DNA of 63,272 nucleotides, counting the filler, from Intoshia linei (Eukaryota; Animalia; Orthonectida): assembly GCA_001642005.1 (NCBI GenBank). It is 7 parts of 7 records of this genome, joined end to end, with 100 filler letters (N's around TTAATTAATTAA, not from the genome) between each part and the next. Parts side by side here need not be neighbours in the genome. Positions count along the whole stretch, not along the records: positions 13,323 to 41,649 come from LWCA01000423.1; positions 41,750 to 55,288 come from LWCA01001012.1; 5 more parts are not named here. One strand, 5' to 3'. The position numbers and the translations under genes were made by a program. Shown here piece after piece: positions 25,521 through 42,327 of this stretch. A model generated the notes under the pieces. That model had not been told where the DNA came from, made no database searches, and was given only the letters and a program-made list of their open reading frames with translations. The first letter of the stretch is position 1. Each line of letters opens with the position of its first letter.

Positions 25521-26303
25521 TTGATAAATCATATGAAAATGTTCAACATCAAAATTTTGAAAGCTTTTGAAGATAATTACATGTACGTTGTATATGATTC
25601 GATAAAAAAATTGGCAATTGCAGTGGACCCTGCAGATTCAAACATAATGTCTTCATTTATAAATGAAAATAAATTAAATTTGAAAGCAATTCTGACAACT
25701 CATCATCACAGTGATCATGCTGGTGGAAATGAACAAATGAATTTGAAATACCCTGAAGCAAAAATTTACGGAGGTGATACGAGAATACCGAAAATGACAG
25801 ACATTATAGGTAAACACTGTCAAGAAATTGAGTGTATTGGGTTAAAATTTATATGTTTAAAAACACCGTGTCATACAAAAGGTCACATATGCTATTACAC
25901 TGACAATCTACCTACCCCGATAGTATTTACGGGTGACACGTTGTTTTCTATGGGTTGTGGTAGATTTTTTGAAGGGGATGCTGAACAAATGGAAACATCT
26001 TTAAACAAAATTATCGCAAAACTCGATCCAAAAACTAAAGTTTACTTTGGACATGAATATACAGCCAAAAATCTTAATTTTGTATGCAGTATTGAACAAA
26101 ATAATGGAGAGTTGAAAAAATATAAAGAAATTGTTGATAATACTTTGAGTAAAGGCGAATATTCCAGTCCAAGTAATCTAAAGGATGAATTAAGTTACAA
26201 TCCTTTTATGAGAACAAGTGAAAGTAATTTGCAAAATATTCTTAGAACCGATAATCCAATTTCAACAATGAAAGTTTTAAGGAAAATGAAAAATGAATTT
26301 TAA
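25521..26303 (+). CDS. HAGH: Hydroxyacylglutathione hydrolase (glyoxalase II)
   Basis: DNYMY, LTTHHHSDHAGGN, TPCHTKGHICY, FTGDTLF..GCGRFFEG, GHEYT, NPFMR, LRKMKNEF. An AG acceptor at 25518-25519 suggests a possible upstream exon. Confidence 0.95.
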   Translation: MINHMKMFNIKILKAFEDNYMYVVYDSIKKLAIAVDPADSNIMSSFINENKLNLKAILTTHHHSDHAGGNEQMNLKYPEAKIYGGDTRIPKMTDIIGKHCQEIECIGLKFICLKTPCHTKGHICYYTDNLPTPIVFTGDTLFSMGCGRFFEGDAEQMETSLNKIIAKLDPKTKVYFGHEYTAKNLNFVCSIEQNNGELKKYKEIVDNTLSKGEYSSPSNLKDELSYNPFMRTSESNLQNILRTDNPISTMKVLRKMKNEF

Positions 26304-26330
26304 CTTTCATTTTATTAAATGTTTATACAA

Positions 26331-26845
26331 TCATTCTTTATCTTTATTGATCAACATGTTTGGAATTCCGTTTTCTATTGGAAATACATGCCCCGTTTGA
26401 GGACATTTCATTTCTCCATCCACTATTTCAACCTAAATTATTTACACATTATTTTTTAATTATTCGAACGTTTATTAAATATTTGTAAGCCATTTTCAAA
26501 AATGATTCATTGTTTTCATAGTCTTTTGGTAATTCTTCAGGTAATCCAGTTTCCGGTTTTATCTGAAAATTGTTATAATTGAAATAATAGTTGTACGCAT
26601 TTGGATGCTGATATAAATGTTTTCCAGCAAAGTTTTGGAATTAATTTTTTTATCAGTGATTCATCGTAATCCAATTCATTTGATTTGAAATTTTTGACCT
26701 TAATACACATTTGTATAAACAAGTAGTTGATTATCAGGATTTAAAATAGTTACAAGAAATGCAATACTATTAAGCCAAGAGGGTAGCCATCTTTTACTCC
26801 TTTTATCATATTTGATGTCAACATATTGTGAGAAAGAAGTTTCAT
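26331..26845 (-). CDS. TRMT112: Multifunctional methyltransferase subunit TRM112, multi-exon (not in the ORF track)
   Basis: Starts MKLLSHNMLTSNMIKGVKDGYPLGLI and ends VEIVDGEMKCPQTGHVFPIENGIPNMLINKDKE*; short GT-AG introns. Confidence 0.92.
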
Positions 26846-27548
26846 TGCTCAAGTTATTTAAAACGTGATTATTTTTGAATCAAGTTAAATATTAGTTTAT
26901 TTTCATCGCACGATATTTTTTTAATTTGAAGTTGAGAGTTATTTTCATATATTTTTAATTGTTTTTATGGTAATTATGGTTTGAACTAAAATGTGAAATC
27001 TGAATCTGGACTACAAATTGCAGAGCGTACATTTTTTTATAAATGGGGCCTAATTTTTCGAAATTGAGCATTATACAAAGTGTATTGCTAAATGTCATAA
27101 CTTTTTACTGTGTTCAATTTAAAAAAACAAGTCAAGAGTCTTAAAGAGATGGCTATACGCCATATGACACTACGCATCATTTGTAGAAAATTTTTGGTGT
27201 CTATTTTTAATTTTTGATGGTCTCGAGTTTGGTAGATTCGGCTTCAGGTACAGTCTCAAATTACAAATTCTAAGCCAATCTTTTTTGGAGTAGAAAATTA
27301 GATAATTTTTTATTTTATTCTGATTTTTATTAAATTTTGATTTTCAGGTATTTAGCTGAAAATATCACCCTAAATGGTGTTGGACTGTAATAGAAACAAT
27401 ATAATTTCAATGTATGGCAATAGTTTAAATATTCAATGAAAAATTAGATAATTTACTAAAACCCTTGTTTTTGGGGCACTTTTCAAAAAATGGTACCCCA
27501 ATCCGAGGTTCGACTGTACTAATAATTATAATTAACAAATTTTAATGT

Positions 27549-29330
27549 TTAATCTTTCCAATCTGGATGATAAGTATAGTGTCTACTTTTGTGTGATTTA
27601 TTTGTAGTGTACATTGAATTTACATCCTGATATTTGCAAGGATATTTTAAATGCTGTGGAAGATGGTGCCATGTTGTAAATTCTTCTCTTCTTTTTCGAG
27701 TGGCCGGGCTATTAAATCTCAAATGTTTTAATTCTACATTTTCGTGTATGCTAAAAAATTAATGTACATATCAAATATGATAGTTCTGTATGCACAAAAA
27801 CTGGACCAATGTTTTGAACTTACCGACTAAAGTTTAAATAAACGTTTAACAATTGTCTTTTTTAAAATTTTCGCTAATGTAAAGAATTTTTACAATTAAA
27901 TAGCATGTGATAAAATAATGCATCTTTAAATGTTTTTCATCAATTTTTTATGGGTCCCCAATGGGAACTCCCCATTAGAGAAATATTGGCTTAAAGTTTC
28001 ATTGATTAAAAAATTGTAAAGTTGGAAACAATGTAGGGTATAATCTTAAGCAATCACTCATTTATTGAAATATTTTTATAGAAATGTTAGTCTCTACGAA
28101 TTGTATCTGAATTTGTAATAAACCCCTTCCAAAAAGGAAATGAAATTGGATTGACTGTGCGTGGTACAATATCAATTAATATTAATCTTACAAAATATAT
28201 ATTATACATGTATATTTAATTAATGTCATTACCTTTTTCTATTTGAATTCATATTTTTTAAAGCTTTTTCTAGCTCTAAATTAAAAAATATCGTATGTTT
28301 TCAAAAATTTACGATATTGTTAATTTAAAATGGTGAATAGAATTTTTCCAAAAGACATGCAATGATTATAATTTTAATTGCTTGACTATAATAATTTTAT
28401 ATGTCTACACCATTATTTTCATTATTTAAAATAAAGTCAGTAACACAGATTTTAAAATGAGAGCAATACAAATTTTGAATGAATTTATTAAAATTTAAGG
28501 AGGCAGGAAAAAACTATTTCATTAGTATAAATTAATGTCTGATTGCAATAATTTTTAATTTAACTTATTTTTTGTTGTTTTGTATACTTTAATTCCCGCT
28601 TAGTACAGTTTTACATAACGGTATATATACATAAATAATGTATATATGTCTAAGACTTATGATTCATTAACGAATATATAGTTGGCACAAATATTATATT
28701 AGTATAATAATAATAAGAAATAATTATTTTTATTTCGTCATCTAAATTACAACCATTGCATGATAGTGAGTTATTACACTTAAGGTTTTTTAATATATAA
28801 TGGAGTTGTTTTAATTTATTAAATAGGACATGTTATTTTTTTGCAAATTTTTAAAAATGGGATGTTAGTCCCCTTGTTATAATGTAATATGATTTTGTAC
28901 CATGTCTTGGTGCTTTTGATATCCAATTGTGCAATTTCTTATTTTCTGGTTCAGAATCAATTTCTGAGTAATTGTCATAATCCACATTGCCTGAATTTTC
29001 GTAGATAATACCATTCTAATGGATAATATACATATTTGTATACCAGATACATAACAAATTAGAATATAATAAATCCAATAAAAAGTACATTAATAGCTTG
29101 TCTGCGATACGTATCATTACTTTTAATCATATCAGGAAACAGCATTTCAGTTCTAGAAATAATTTTTTCTGATTTTTCTAAAATAAATCAATTTACATGA
29201 TAGATTAACATTATATAAACTTTTTGCAGTTGTTGGTTTACAGAAATCTGGTATTTTCCAATTCATATACATGTTGATTTAATTTCATGTACAGTTTGAA
29301 TGTTTAATATAATTGTCAAAATTTTTTACT
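27549..29330 (-). CDS. Putative uncharacterised multi-exon gene (5' end unresolved)
   Basis: Splice-bounded open segments KIRKIISRTEMLFPDMIKSNDTYRRQAIN and NGIIYENSGNVDYDNYSEIDSEPENKKLHNWISKAPRH; terminal exon IHENVELKHLRFNSPATRKRREEFTTWHHLPQHLKYP...YTYHPDWKD*. No recognised homology. Confidence 0.45.
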
Positions 29331-29722
29331 TGTTAATTGCAAAAATGTGACAATTGCATTGAAATGTATAAATTTTCTAATAATCTCATTTTATACTCTA
29401 AATTGTACTATATGATCCAATTCTTTGGTAAATTTTCATTGTTCCATTTTAACAATATAATTTTGCTTGAGTGACGATTAATTTATTGTTTGTGATAATT
29501 TTATAGATATTGAGTTTAAAAATCAACTTTTACTTAATTGCGTAGGTTTACTTTTAATTGTTATATTAAATTAAGTGTGGAATGTACATTTTAAATGTTT
29601 ATTAGGCATCGAATCGATTTATATAGTACTTTAGGTTCTCTAAATTGGAGTGTTATAAAAATTTATTATTGTTAATAGATTTCATGTTTGTAATTTAGTC
29701 TTTGGTTTAACTGTTATCAATA

Positions 29723-30540
29723 CAGTCAAACCACAATTTAACGAACAACAACTTTCATGAAAATTCCTTCATTTTTTTAGACGTTTCCCGAATTTAAGAG
29801 CTATTGTTTGAATCATATTTCCTGAAATTATAAAATTTTTCGACTCTTTCGAACAAACCACTCATATACTAGTTTGTCGATTTAAGCGGTTGCAAAATTA
29901 ACAAACATTCGTTTGTCCTCAATCCCATTTATTTTCATCTGTTTTAAAGAGTCTTTATTCTTTAAAATTTTATTAATCACACCAAGAGGCATACCAAATT
30001 TAATTGAAAGTTTTCTAAGTATATTTTGCACTATTCATTTCAGAAAAATTTATATCTAATGTAAATCTTTTCTTCTAATGTATGAATTTTTCTATTTTTT
30101 TTTGATTGTTTCTCTTTAGCATCGTATTAGATTTTTTATATATTCTTAAAAAAAGATGTAATCGTAAAATATTATTTACCTACAGTTATATTTATCTCGA
30201 AAAGTTCAGTTAAAGTTTGAATTTAATTTCAATATGAGTCTTTATCAATTATTTTGGATCAATTCGCCATACACCAATCAATAAAACAATACAATAATAT
30301 TATGATGATCAATAAGCTTATTATGGCATCATTGCATGTATACATGATGTTTAAAATCGTTCTAAAATAAAATAATTTACAATCAACAGACATTTTTTTT
30401 AATTATTGAAAATGTTTGTTCGTTATTCAATTTAATTTTTTATAATACCAGTATACCCATAAATTATTAATATTTGGTTTGTTAGTTACAAGATCATGTT
30501 GATCATTAAATAAAGTGTTCGATAAATTTAAGTTTGACTG
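29723..30540. mobile_element. pogo/Tigger-like non-autonomous element
   Basis: TA duplication; TIRs CAGTCAAAC....ATTTA.CGAACA; decayed HTH-like remnant on the minus strand (LSIKFGMPLGVINKILKNKD). Confidence 0.7.
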
Positions 30541-31484
30541 TAATATACATTGTATATTACAGTTATTAGTACATAATCTGAATCTGTTATTTTGAACTGC
30601 TACACCACGAGAAGTGTTCAGATACGCTGCAAAAAAAACAACAAAATCTCACCTAGTACAGATCTTCCATTAAACAAACCATAAACAAAACTCTTCATTT
30701 TTAAAAGACGAAAAACAAACAAATAAAATCATCTAAAAAATTAATAAAATAGTAACAATATTATTTTTTTGCTTATACTTATGAAAAAATGTAACCTTTG
30801 ATCAGATCTTAATCAAAAAAGCCTCATTGTTTTAAACATAATAAACACATATAATAAAAAATCTTAATACTAAAAAGATTTTACATACAAAACGTTAACA
30901 AAAATTGTTCATTCTTCTAATTTCAACATTTTTTTCAATTTGATATTCATTTTTGGAGATTTTACTGTATGCGGCCGGGTAATTTGTCATTTTACTGTTG
31001 TTGATCGAAACTGTTACACATGGGTCTGACTACTAAAACGATAAAATTGGAATTTTTATATATAATTTAGGGTGTCTACTTAAATTCAACCATTTTTACT
31101 AAAAATCGAGTTTTACCAACCCAAAAAGGAAATATTTAGTTTTACCGACCCTAAAACTGCATTTTTCCCTAAAGAGTTGGTAAAATTGGGGTTTTCACTT
31201 AGAGGTTTGTAAAAATGGTTGGGTTTAAGAATACTATTTATAATTTATAACAATGTCACAATTATTTTTTAATAATTTACAAAAAATAAGGTAGTAAAGT
31301 GGTAATTTTTATTTTCTTGACAGTGCATTGATTAACATTGTCATTGTATCAGTATATAAACTGTATTATTTTATTATTGTTTTTTTAAATAATGAATAAC
31401 AAGGTAGACACATAGAAATAATCAATTTAAATACGCAAAAGATACGAACAAGGTGAGTACAATTTAATTTAAGTGGTAAAAATT

Positions 31485-34345
<2,861 letters not shown>

Positions 34346-34445
34346 TTCAATTTTTCAACTTTATTTACTATTTTTATAATTTAATTTGTATCCATGATTG
34401 TTAAATTGTATAACATAGCAATAATAAACAAAATAAATAGGTAGA

Positions 34446-37400
34446 ATGGCTAATCCCCAAGAAATAGTGTAATTTTAATATATTTCATTTTATAAAAATG
34501 TTAGTTATCCACCTTTGTATAAATCGTACTCTTCTCAGGAAGTACTGGTTAACAAGCTTGTCGATAATTTTATACATCAATATCAACACCTTTATCCTGA
34601 TAGAAGACCACTCATGTTATCTCCTGTTAATGAATGTGGACTTCAAGTATGATATTAACATTTTATTCAATTGCAAAAACAAATTTTTATATAGTTTGTA
34701 CAACAAACTTTGCTTATAAATTATTTACAATATAAAGTTTTACATCAAATTATAAAAGTAATTCAATATAAATATAACTTTTTATACTACTTAGATTACG
34801 TTAATTTCACCTATAAAAATAAACTTTTAACCCAATCTAATTTTACCATCAAATTTTAAAATAATAAACAGCAGAGATAGCAATTTAATTATGTAATATA
34901 ATGAAAAAATCCATGAAATTAACACATTAAAATAATCATCTCTGCTAAATCACATTTTTTTGTTGTGATGCTGAAACGATTAGTTAATTCATATATTTTG
35001 CAATTCAGCTTTGTTTGTACAGAGTAAAAACCTAAAAAATCAAAAAATTTCAGATTCTTATTCTAAAATTATAATTAAATTTCAAAATGAATATGTAGCC
35101 AATTTTATCACAGTGATTTCTAATTTTTTTAAAAAAATGTTTTTTTTGAATTTTTTTTTTTATCAACATCATGCATAAATGTTTTTTAATTTTTTTTAAA
35201 ATTATATAAAGTTTTTGAAAATTGTCAGCGACCAGTGACAATATTTATCATGAATTAATATAATATAATTCCATTAATAAATTAGAAGTTTGTATGCACC
35301 ACAATCAACCCAACCATTGTTCCAATAGATGAATTGTATTATTGGAGTGGATTAGCGGAATTTGTGTCTAATTATTTTAAATTTGAAATGCTTAATCTTC
35401 CATATGAATTGGTAAAATAATGATTAAATTTTTTAGATATATAATAATTAATTTGGTAAATATTTGTAAATATAGCCGAAAACGCTGCGATCTCCATCAA
35501 CTGTACTTGAATCACAAAGTGGGAATTGCTTTGAATATTCTTCACTGTTGTGTTCATTTTTAATTGGAGCAGGATATGATGCATACGTAGTAAATGGGTA
35601 CGCGTCATTGAAAATTTGCGTATCAGATGAATCTTTCATAAAATTAAACAATATCAATGAGACATTCAAGGTTCGCATATTACTTATGGTATCTAAATCA
35701 GTGTTTCATAATTGTGGGGTAGGCTCCACGGTGGAGCCAGGGAAATTTCACGAATTTATTAAAGCTATGAAAACTTAGAAGTAAAACTATTTTGAAATTA
35801 ATATGAAATTTTGTAGATTGTCTCAATCAAGCTAACGGTAGTAAAGTTAACAGTTATATCGCACAAACAGCAGCTATGTCGAGGGCCACTTTTTTATTTT
35901 AATATCAATTTTATAATTTATTTTAAGATTTTGAAGTTGTAATTTATGTTGTGATAATACACATGATTTTAAAAACTATCCAGAATTTATGTTTTATAAA
36001 ATGCTGTGACTTTTTTCATTTTTAAAAAAACGGTTATTTGGGGTTTGACCATGAAGATGTAAGTTTCTGAGTACCGTATTTTTCGGAGTATAAGGCGCAC
36101 CCTTTTAAATGAAAAATTATTAATGCGCCTTATACGCCAGTGCGCCTCATATGAGGATTTTGCAAGGGAAAATTTTTTTCTAACTATATATTGTACCATT
36201 TAATTCATAATTTTTCATAGAATTCTCTTAATAAAATTTATCGCGCATTATACGCCAATGCGCCTTATATGTGAATTTTGTGTTGTAAATTGTTTTTTAT
36301 ATAGGGTACGCCTTATACTCTGAAAAATACGGTAAGTATGATTGTTTGTTTGATTTACAAAAATAGTCCAATTATTAAAACGCGTTCCAGAAGTTATGTT
36401 CTTTAAAATTCTAGGACTGATTTTATGATTTATTATAAAAAACGTAATTTAAGTTTTTGAGTCTGAAGGATTTAATTTCTGAAAATAAAATTTGCGATAA
36501 AACAGAACTCTCGAAAAACAGTATTGGAAATTTGGGTTTTTTAATTCTAAAACTAACAAAAAAAACTTAAAAACCCTTCTTGAAAGTTCTGTACAAAAAA
36601 AATCTTAAAAACCATTGTTGAAAGTTTAGTTCAAAAAAAACTTAAAACCCTCTCTTGAAAGTTCTGTTCAAAAAAAATCCTAAAAACCCTTAAAAAGATT
36701 GGTTTAAAAAAAATTTCTAAAACCCAAAATTAAACTAAAATTAAAATATAAATAAAAATTGTACACATTCCACGACGCTGCAGTAATGGTATGTGTTAAT
36801 AAATGGTTAATAAAAATTTATAGTTCGAAATTCAAATTTTACACGCATTTTTAAACTTGAATAATAAATAAAAAAATTAATAATTATCGTATAAAACATT
36901 ATAGAAAGAAATAACCTAATTTAGCATTATTTCAAATAAAAATTAAATTTATATCTAAAACAAAAATCCTAATAAATAGGAATTAAACAGTATAATGAAA
37001 TAATTTGACTTTATTAATTTAATTTTTTAGACAAAACGGGGAAATACAGATGAAATAAAGAAAAAATATCACATAAAACCTATAAAATCATTGACAAGCA
37101 GATTCGATAAAGAATACGAAGAAAAGGTTAAGCGTAAATTGGAAGAAGAAGAACAGCGAAAACAGGAACAGTTGTTGCTTGAAATGAGCGTAATTATAAA
37201 TTTATCATTTCAATAATGATACATATTTATAAATATTTATAGAAAGATATTGAAGAAGACAAATTATATGGACAACGAGTACATTCGTGGATATTGGTTT
37301 TGGAAAATAACCGTGAAGTAGCAGAAACATTTTTCATTGAACCTTTTACTGGTCGTGCATATTCAACTAAAAACGAAAATTTCCATGGCATTGAATCTGT

Positions 37401-40400
37401 GTGGAATCATAAAAATTATTGGGTCAATATTCAACAATGCAACGAAGGAACCAAAGTAATTTTTATATTCATCAAAATTTTACTAAATTATCAATTTTTA
37501 ATATCATTTAGCAAATGTCTTTTAATTTGAATGATTCCACTACATGGGAATATATGTTTATGGACGATTCTCCCAAAATTGATTTAATAGATATTGAAGA
37601 AAATTTTGAATTAGATGATGATGTAATGTTGGTTAATTTAGAAAATATATCAATTTAATATTTTTAGTCCATTTTCGGCATATTTGCAACAGTTTTGTAA
37701 TTTTCAAACCTAAATTAATTCAAAAAACACATCTGATCTGTACCGGTTGCAAATATGCTGAAATTGGTTGAAAAACTATCATAGGATTGAAAAAATCTCA
37801 AATTTATTTTGTCTTATTCTATTTTTAATATTGTAGATATGTAGTATGCAGATATCCAATTATTACATTTAGAATATGGAGTCTAGTAAATATGTTAAAT
37901 TACCTGAATCTTGGACTCAGCCTATTCACTTAACTATTGAAGGTAATAAATTATAAAAATTAAATTTTTTGAAATTTTATAGAATTCAAGAAAAAATGTC
38001 CTACTGGAAAAAAAGTTGTATTATATGAAAATTGTAAAGTAGAAACATTTCCAGAATACATAAATAAAGATGGAATGGTTGAAAGGAGAACTGTATATAA
38101 TGATAAAAATTGTAAATGCTTTAATAATATTAATAATAATCGAGTACAATTGTATTTAATTATAATTATAAATTATCCTTATTTATATAATATGCTTTGT
38201 TTTAATTTGAAATGTAATAACTGCAGAAAATTTTGAAAGAGTTTTTTCTGGGTGTTAGCAAAATAAATTTCAACCTCCCAAACTCACATCTTACGGATCA
38301 AAAAGCCCAATTGTACTTTTTTTTGAAAATCAAACGAATTCGAGAATTTAAAAAAATATATACTCTGATACGGATTTTAAAATCATAAATATTATCATAA
38401 ATTTAAATTTAAAACAAATATATCTTCAGGGCCAAAACGCCAAATTACCCTTTTTTTTAATGAAAACAGCCATAGAATTTAAACAAATTTACAAGTGGTA
38501 CACTTGTATCCTGTTAACACATACAAAAATTTTAAATCTGAATAAGTGACGCCTTTACGGTCAAAAAAGCAGTTTAGTATTCATATATTTTTTTCCAAAA
38601 TATTTTATTAAAATAAAAAATGTCGATAAGTAACGGTCCGAAAATTAAAAAAAAGATTAATTTGATAGAGCTTATTCCAGTTGATATAAATACAAAATTT
38701 ATAATTTATAATACCGTTATGTTAATAATTGTCGTATACCAAAAGTACAAATGAAATTGTCGAAACTATCTAAATTGTGGTGATCGAAGTAACACTCATT
38801 CAAAATGGGAACCATTTCCGTTTTTGTTTCCATATATATTATTCTAATTATATTTTCATTCTGAATTTAATTAGGTTAATTATAAGCATGAAAATGAACA
38901 TTGAAAAAATGTAATGATATCTTCAACCAAAAGTGGTTGCATTGTGTAGCCTGATTAATATAAAATTTTATGAAACGAATTGATTAAAAACTTAGTATCA
39001 GAAATTAAAAGTTTAATTGAAAAATTTGATCACAGAGCGGATGGATTGTATAATAAAACTCACAACATTGACACTTCTTATGTAACAGAGTATTTTCAAA
39101 AAGGAAGAATGTATTGTCTTAAAGGTAATTTAATTTAAAGTTAAAAAAAATTAAATTAGACATTTAAAATTTAAATGAATAACTTTTTAAAATAACTCTT
39201 GTACATTTAGAGCACAGATATTCATACTCTCTCGGGTCATCTGAAATGATTAGATTAATGAGATTCGATTCTAGTGCCAGAATAGACGGTTTGAATGTAA
39301 TGTATGACAATACTGTAACTCTTGATATGCACTTTGAAAAAAGAAATGATTATTTGAAACGAACATTTATTAAATTCAATAGTAATGTTAATACTTTTAT
39401 TTACGATACACTAGATGCAAATAAAAGCTGTATATCGGTAATGAATAATAATAATTTAGTAATAAATTTAAATTTCAACGAATTCGTAAATGTCTTAATG
39501 TTTTCCTTGTTTTTGTAAATTTAAATTTAGGAAATTACCGAATATTATGATAGAAATGAAGAATTAAACGCAAATGATGATGTTGAAAGAATAATATTCA
39601 ATCTGGAGAATGAAACAATTTATATTAGATATCATATTGAATCTGACAAAATTACGTATTCATATCTAGAATATAAGAAAATTGTCAATGTAAACGAAAA
39701 TACCACTTCTAGTGCCCCTAAATTCACGCAGGATATGGTAGATTATAATATGGTTACTAATTTTTAATATTTTAGTATTACATTCTATATCCATTATTAT
39801 TGTGCGGATATCCAGTTTAACTAACACGCTTTTCACGAAAATTAGTTGGTTTATCCTATATTTTGATTTGTTGAAAAAATCTCAATTATAAATTTTAATT
39901 TAAACACCAATGCCTCTAATTGAATATGCATGGAACTTTAAATGTGGTGTGCAGTGCCGAACCGAACGTACCCGATATCCCTATTCGGTGGCCTCGGCGA
40001 AATTTTTGTAAAGCAGGGCATTATTTTTCCAAATTGAGCATTCAAAAATTATATTTTAACACTTTCACTGTCTGTAATTTATTTTTTTATTTAAACTTGT
40101 ATAATTTTTAGATTACCTATGTAAAAAATTATGAAAATAAAAGAATAAAGTTTTTCAAAATTATGTTGTGTATAGTATAGAATACACAGATAGTGAAAGA
40201 GTTAAAAAAATAAAAATTTACTATGAAAAACATGAAAAAATATATTAAAAATTTTCTGCGAATGACAAAATTTTACTATACTAGTACTAGATAAATATAA
40301 ATTAACCGGGCAAATAACGGAGGTTTTACTCTATATATAAATTATTATGTAATATGAATTAATTTACATTAATTCATATATTAATTTAATACAAAAAACT

Positions 40401-40691
40401 AATTTAATATATTCAAATATATTAAAAGTAGGTGGAGAAAAGCAAAACAATCAAACTTTTCACTCACTATAACAATTTAAAAAAGTTTATGAATCATGAA
40501 GATAAATCTGTTAAATTTGTCTTAAATATGAAAAAAGAGGTTCTTTAATGAAATTAATTTTTTTAAATGTTTGTTATTAGATATATGATATAATAAATAG
40601 TCGAACTCAAGAAGATATAATCTCTGAACTCGTTGTTTCTTGTTACAATACTCACAAAAATGTTAAATCTCGTCAAAGAAGAGATAGTTTG
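34446..40691 (+). CDS. DRC7: Dynein regulatory complex subunit 7 (CCDC135), multi-exon; final exons not found (probably in the 41650 gap)
   Basis: DNFIHQYQHLYPDRRPLMLSPVNECG, KFVCTTINPT...ELYYW, SPSTVL..QSGNCFEYSSLLCSFLIGAGYDAYVVNGYA, LYGQRVHSWILV...FFIEPFTG...GIESVWNHKNYWVN, ARIDGL. Confidence 0.92.
36074..36332. mobile_element. Tc1/mariner (Tigger-like) MITE
   Basis: TA duplication; ~29-bp TIRs CCGTATTTTTCGGAGTATAAGGCGCACCC / GGGTACGCCTTATACTCTGAAAAATACGG; an internal GCGCCTTATACGCCA-type motif occurs twice. Confidence 0.85.
36555..36725. repeat. Minisatellite, ~37-bp unit, 4-5 copies
   Basis: Repeats of AAAAAAACTTAAAAACCCTTCTTGAAAGTTCTGTAC in a DRC7 intron. Confidence 0.7.
38176..38700 (+). 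mobile_element. Helitron-family 5' portion
   Basis: Starts A|TCCTTATTTATATA; the body is the reverse complement of 41750-42230. Confidence 0.75.
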
Positions 40692-41749
40692 GTAATACAG
40701 TAGTCTGTGTATAAATCACCTTCTATTCTGAAAGGGGTTATATCAGAGGTAGGGAAGCATTCACTTTTCGAAGGCAGCACTAACGTCCCAAAAAAATTAA
40801 TAAGGCCGCACCTTTCTAAATAAAATTTAATACAATATAACAGTGCTTAGCATGGGGGTGATTGGTCACCCTTAAGGAGTGAATAATTTTATTAGTGGGT
40901 GAATATGAAAATTTTAGATGACTGGAGATGAATAATAAATTTTTAATATATTTTATTCAATTTAGTAAAATCTTATGAGAAAAAACCTAATTTTACTAAT
41001 TCTTGAGAAAAAAACCATGTTACCAAAAATTTATATTTTAAAAATAATATAATAAATAAAATTATCCAACTTGTTCTGAAGACCGTACTTTCCCACTTCT
41101 GGGATATATACTAGATGTGTACTTTATGGTTTGATATTTTAATTAAAATTTTATACCTTGGTGTACCCTGTTAAAACAATATTTTTCATAAAAATACCCA
41201 AAAACAATAAGTGGTACACTGTTATGTAGTACACTTTTTTTCCTATCTAAAATCATACTATTACACTGAACAACACTCATAAAAACGATCTCACTAAAAA
41301 ATATCACATGTTTTTATATATTTTGTAAAATGTAGTTAAAAAAATGTCGAATTTTTTTTAAAAAGTTATAAAGTAGTTATTATTGATATATTTGAGTTTT
41401 AATTATAATTAATAAATTTATTAATTTATTAAAATATATAATAAAAAAGTTTTTTCAAATGTAATCCTTAATCAAAAGAGTGAATTAATTTATACATACT
41501 CAGAATTAAATTAATTATTAATGTGTATTACATATTATAAACGATTTATACAGGGTATTAACAATTTATCCACGGAATTATATTTTACAATGAAATTAAT
41601 TGCAATTGTATACATGTTACAAAAATTAATAATAAAAAATTTTTTTTATNNNNNNNNNNNNNNNNNNNNNNNNNNNNNNNNNNNNNNNNNNNNTTAATTA
41701 ATTAANNNNNNNNNNNNNNNNNNNNNNNNNNNNNNNNNNNNNNNNNNNN

Positions 41750-42327
41750 TAGATTTCTCGGGTTGAAATTTTGTATTTATATCAACTGAAATAAGCTCTA
41801 TCAAAATAATCTTTCTTTTTAATTTTCGGACCGTTAATTATTTCACATTTTTTGTTTTAATAAAATATTTCGAAAAAATAATTTATGAACACTAAAATGC
41901 TTTTTTGACCGTGAAGAAGTCACTTATTCAGATTGAAGTTTTTGTGTGTGTTAACAGAATAAAACTGTACCACCCGTAAATTTTTTAAATTCTAGGGCTG
42001 TTTTCATTAAAAAAAAGGGTAATTTGTGGTTTTGACCCTGAAGGTATATTTTTTTTAAATTAAAATTTATTATAATATTTATGATTTTAAAATCCGTATT
42101 AGAGTATATATTTTTTTAAATTCTCGACTCGTTTCATTTTCAAAAAAAAAAAAACAATTGGGCTTTTTGACCCGTAAGATGTAAGTTTGGGAGGTTGAAA
42201 TTTATTTTTGTAACACCCCAGAAAAAACTGTAATTGAAATGTGGACTTTATAAAATGCTAAGACTGGTAGTTATTGAAATAAACGATAACACACACAGAC
42301 AAACAAATCACAATATATAAGTAAGGA
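41750..42327 (-). mobile_element. Helitron-family 5' portion (cut by gap); further copies at 45829-47160 (+), 47684-48046 (-) and ~48430-48958 (-)
   Basis: Minus strand starts A|TCCTTACTTATATA followed by a TG-rich microsatellite; the body matches 31880-32470. Confidence 0.8.

Noticed and set aside
40692-41749. DRC7 truncation as real gene loss
   Set aside because: An assembly gap lies where the last exons would be expected.
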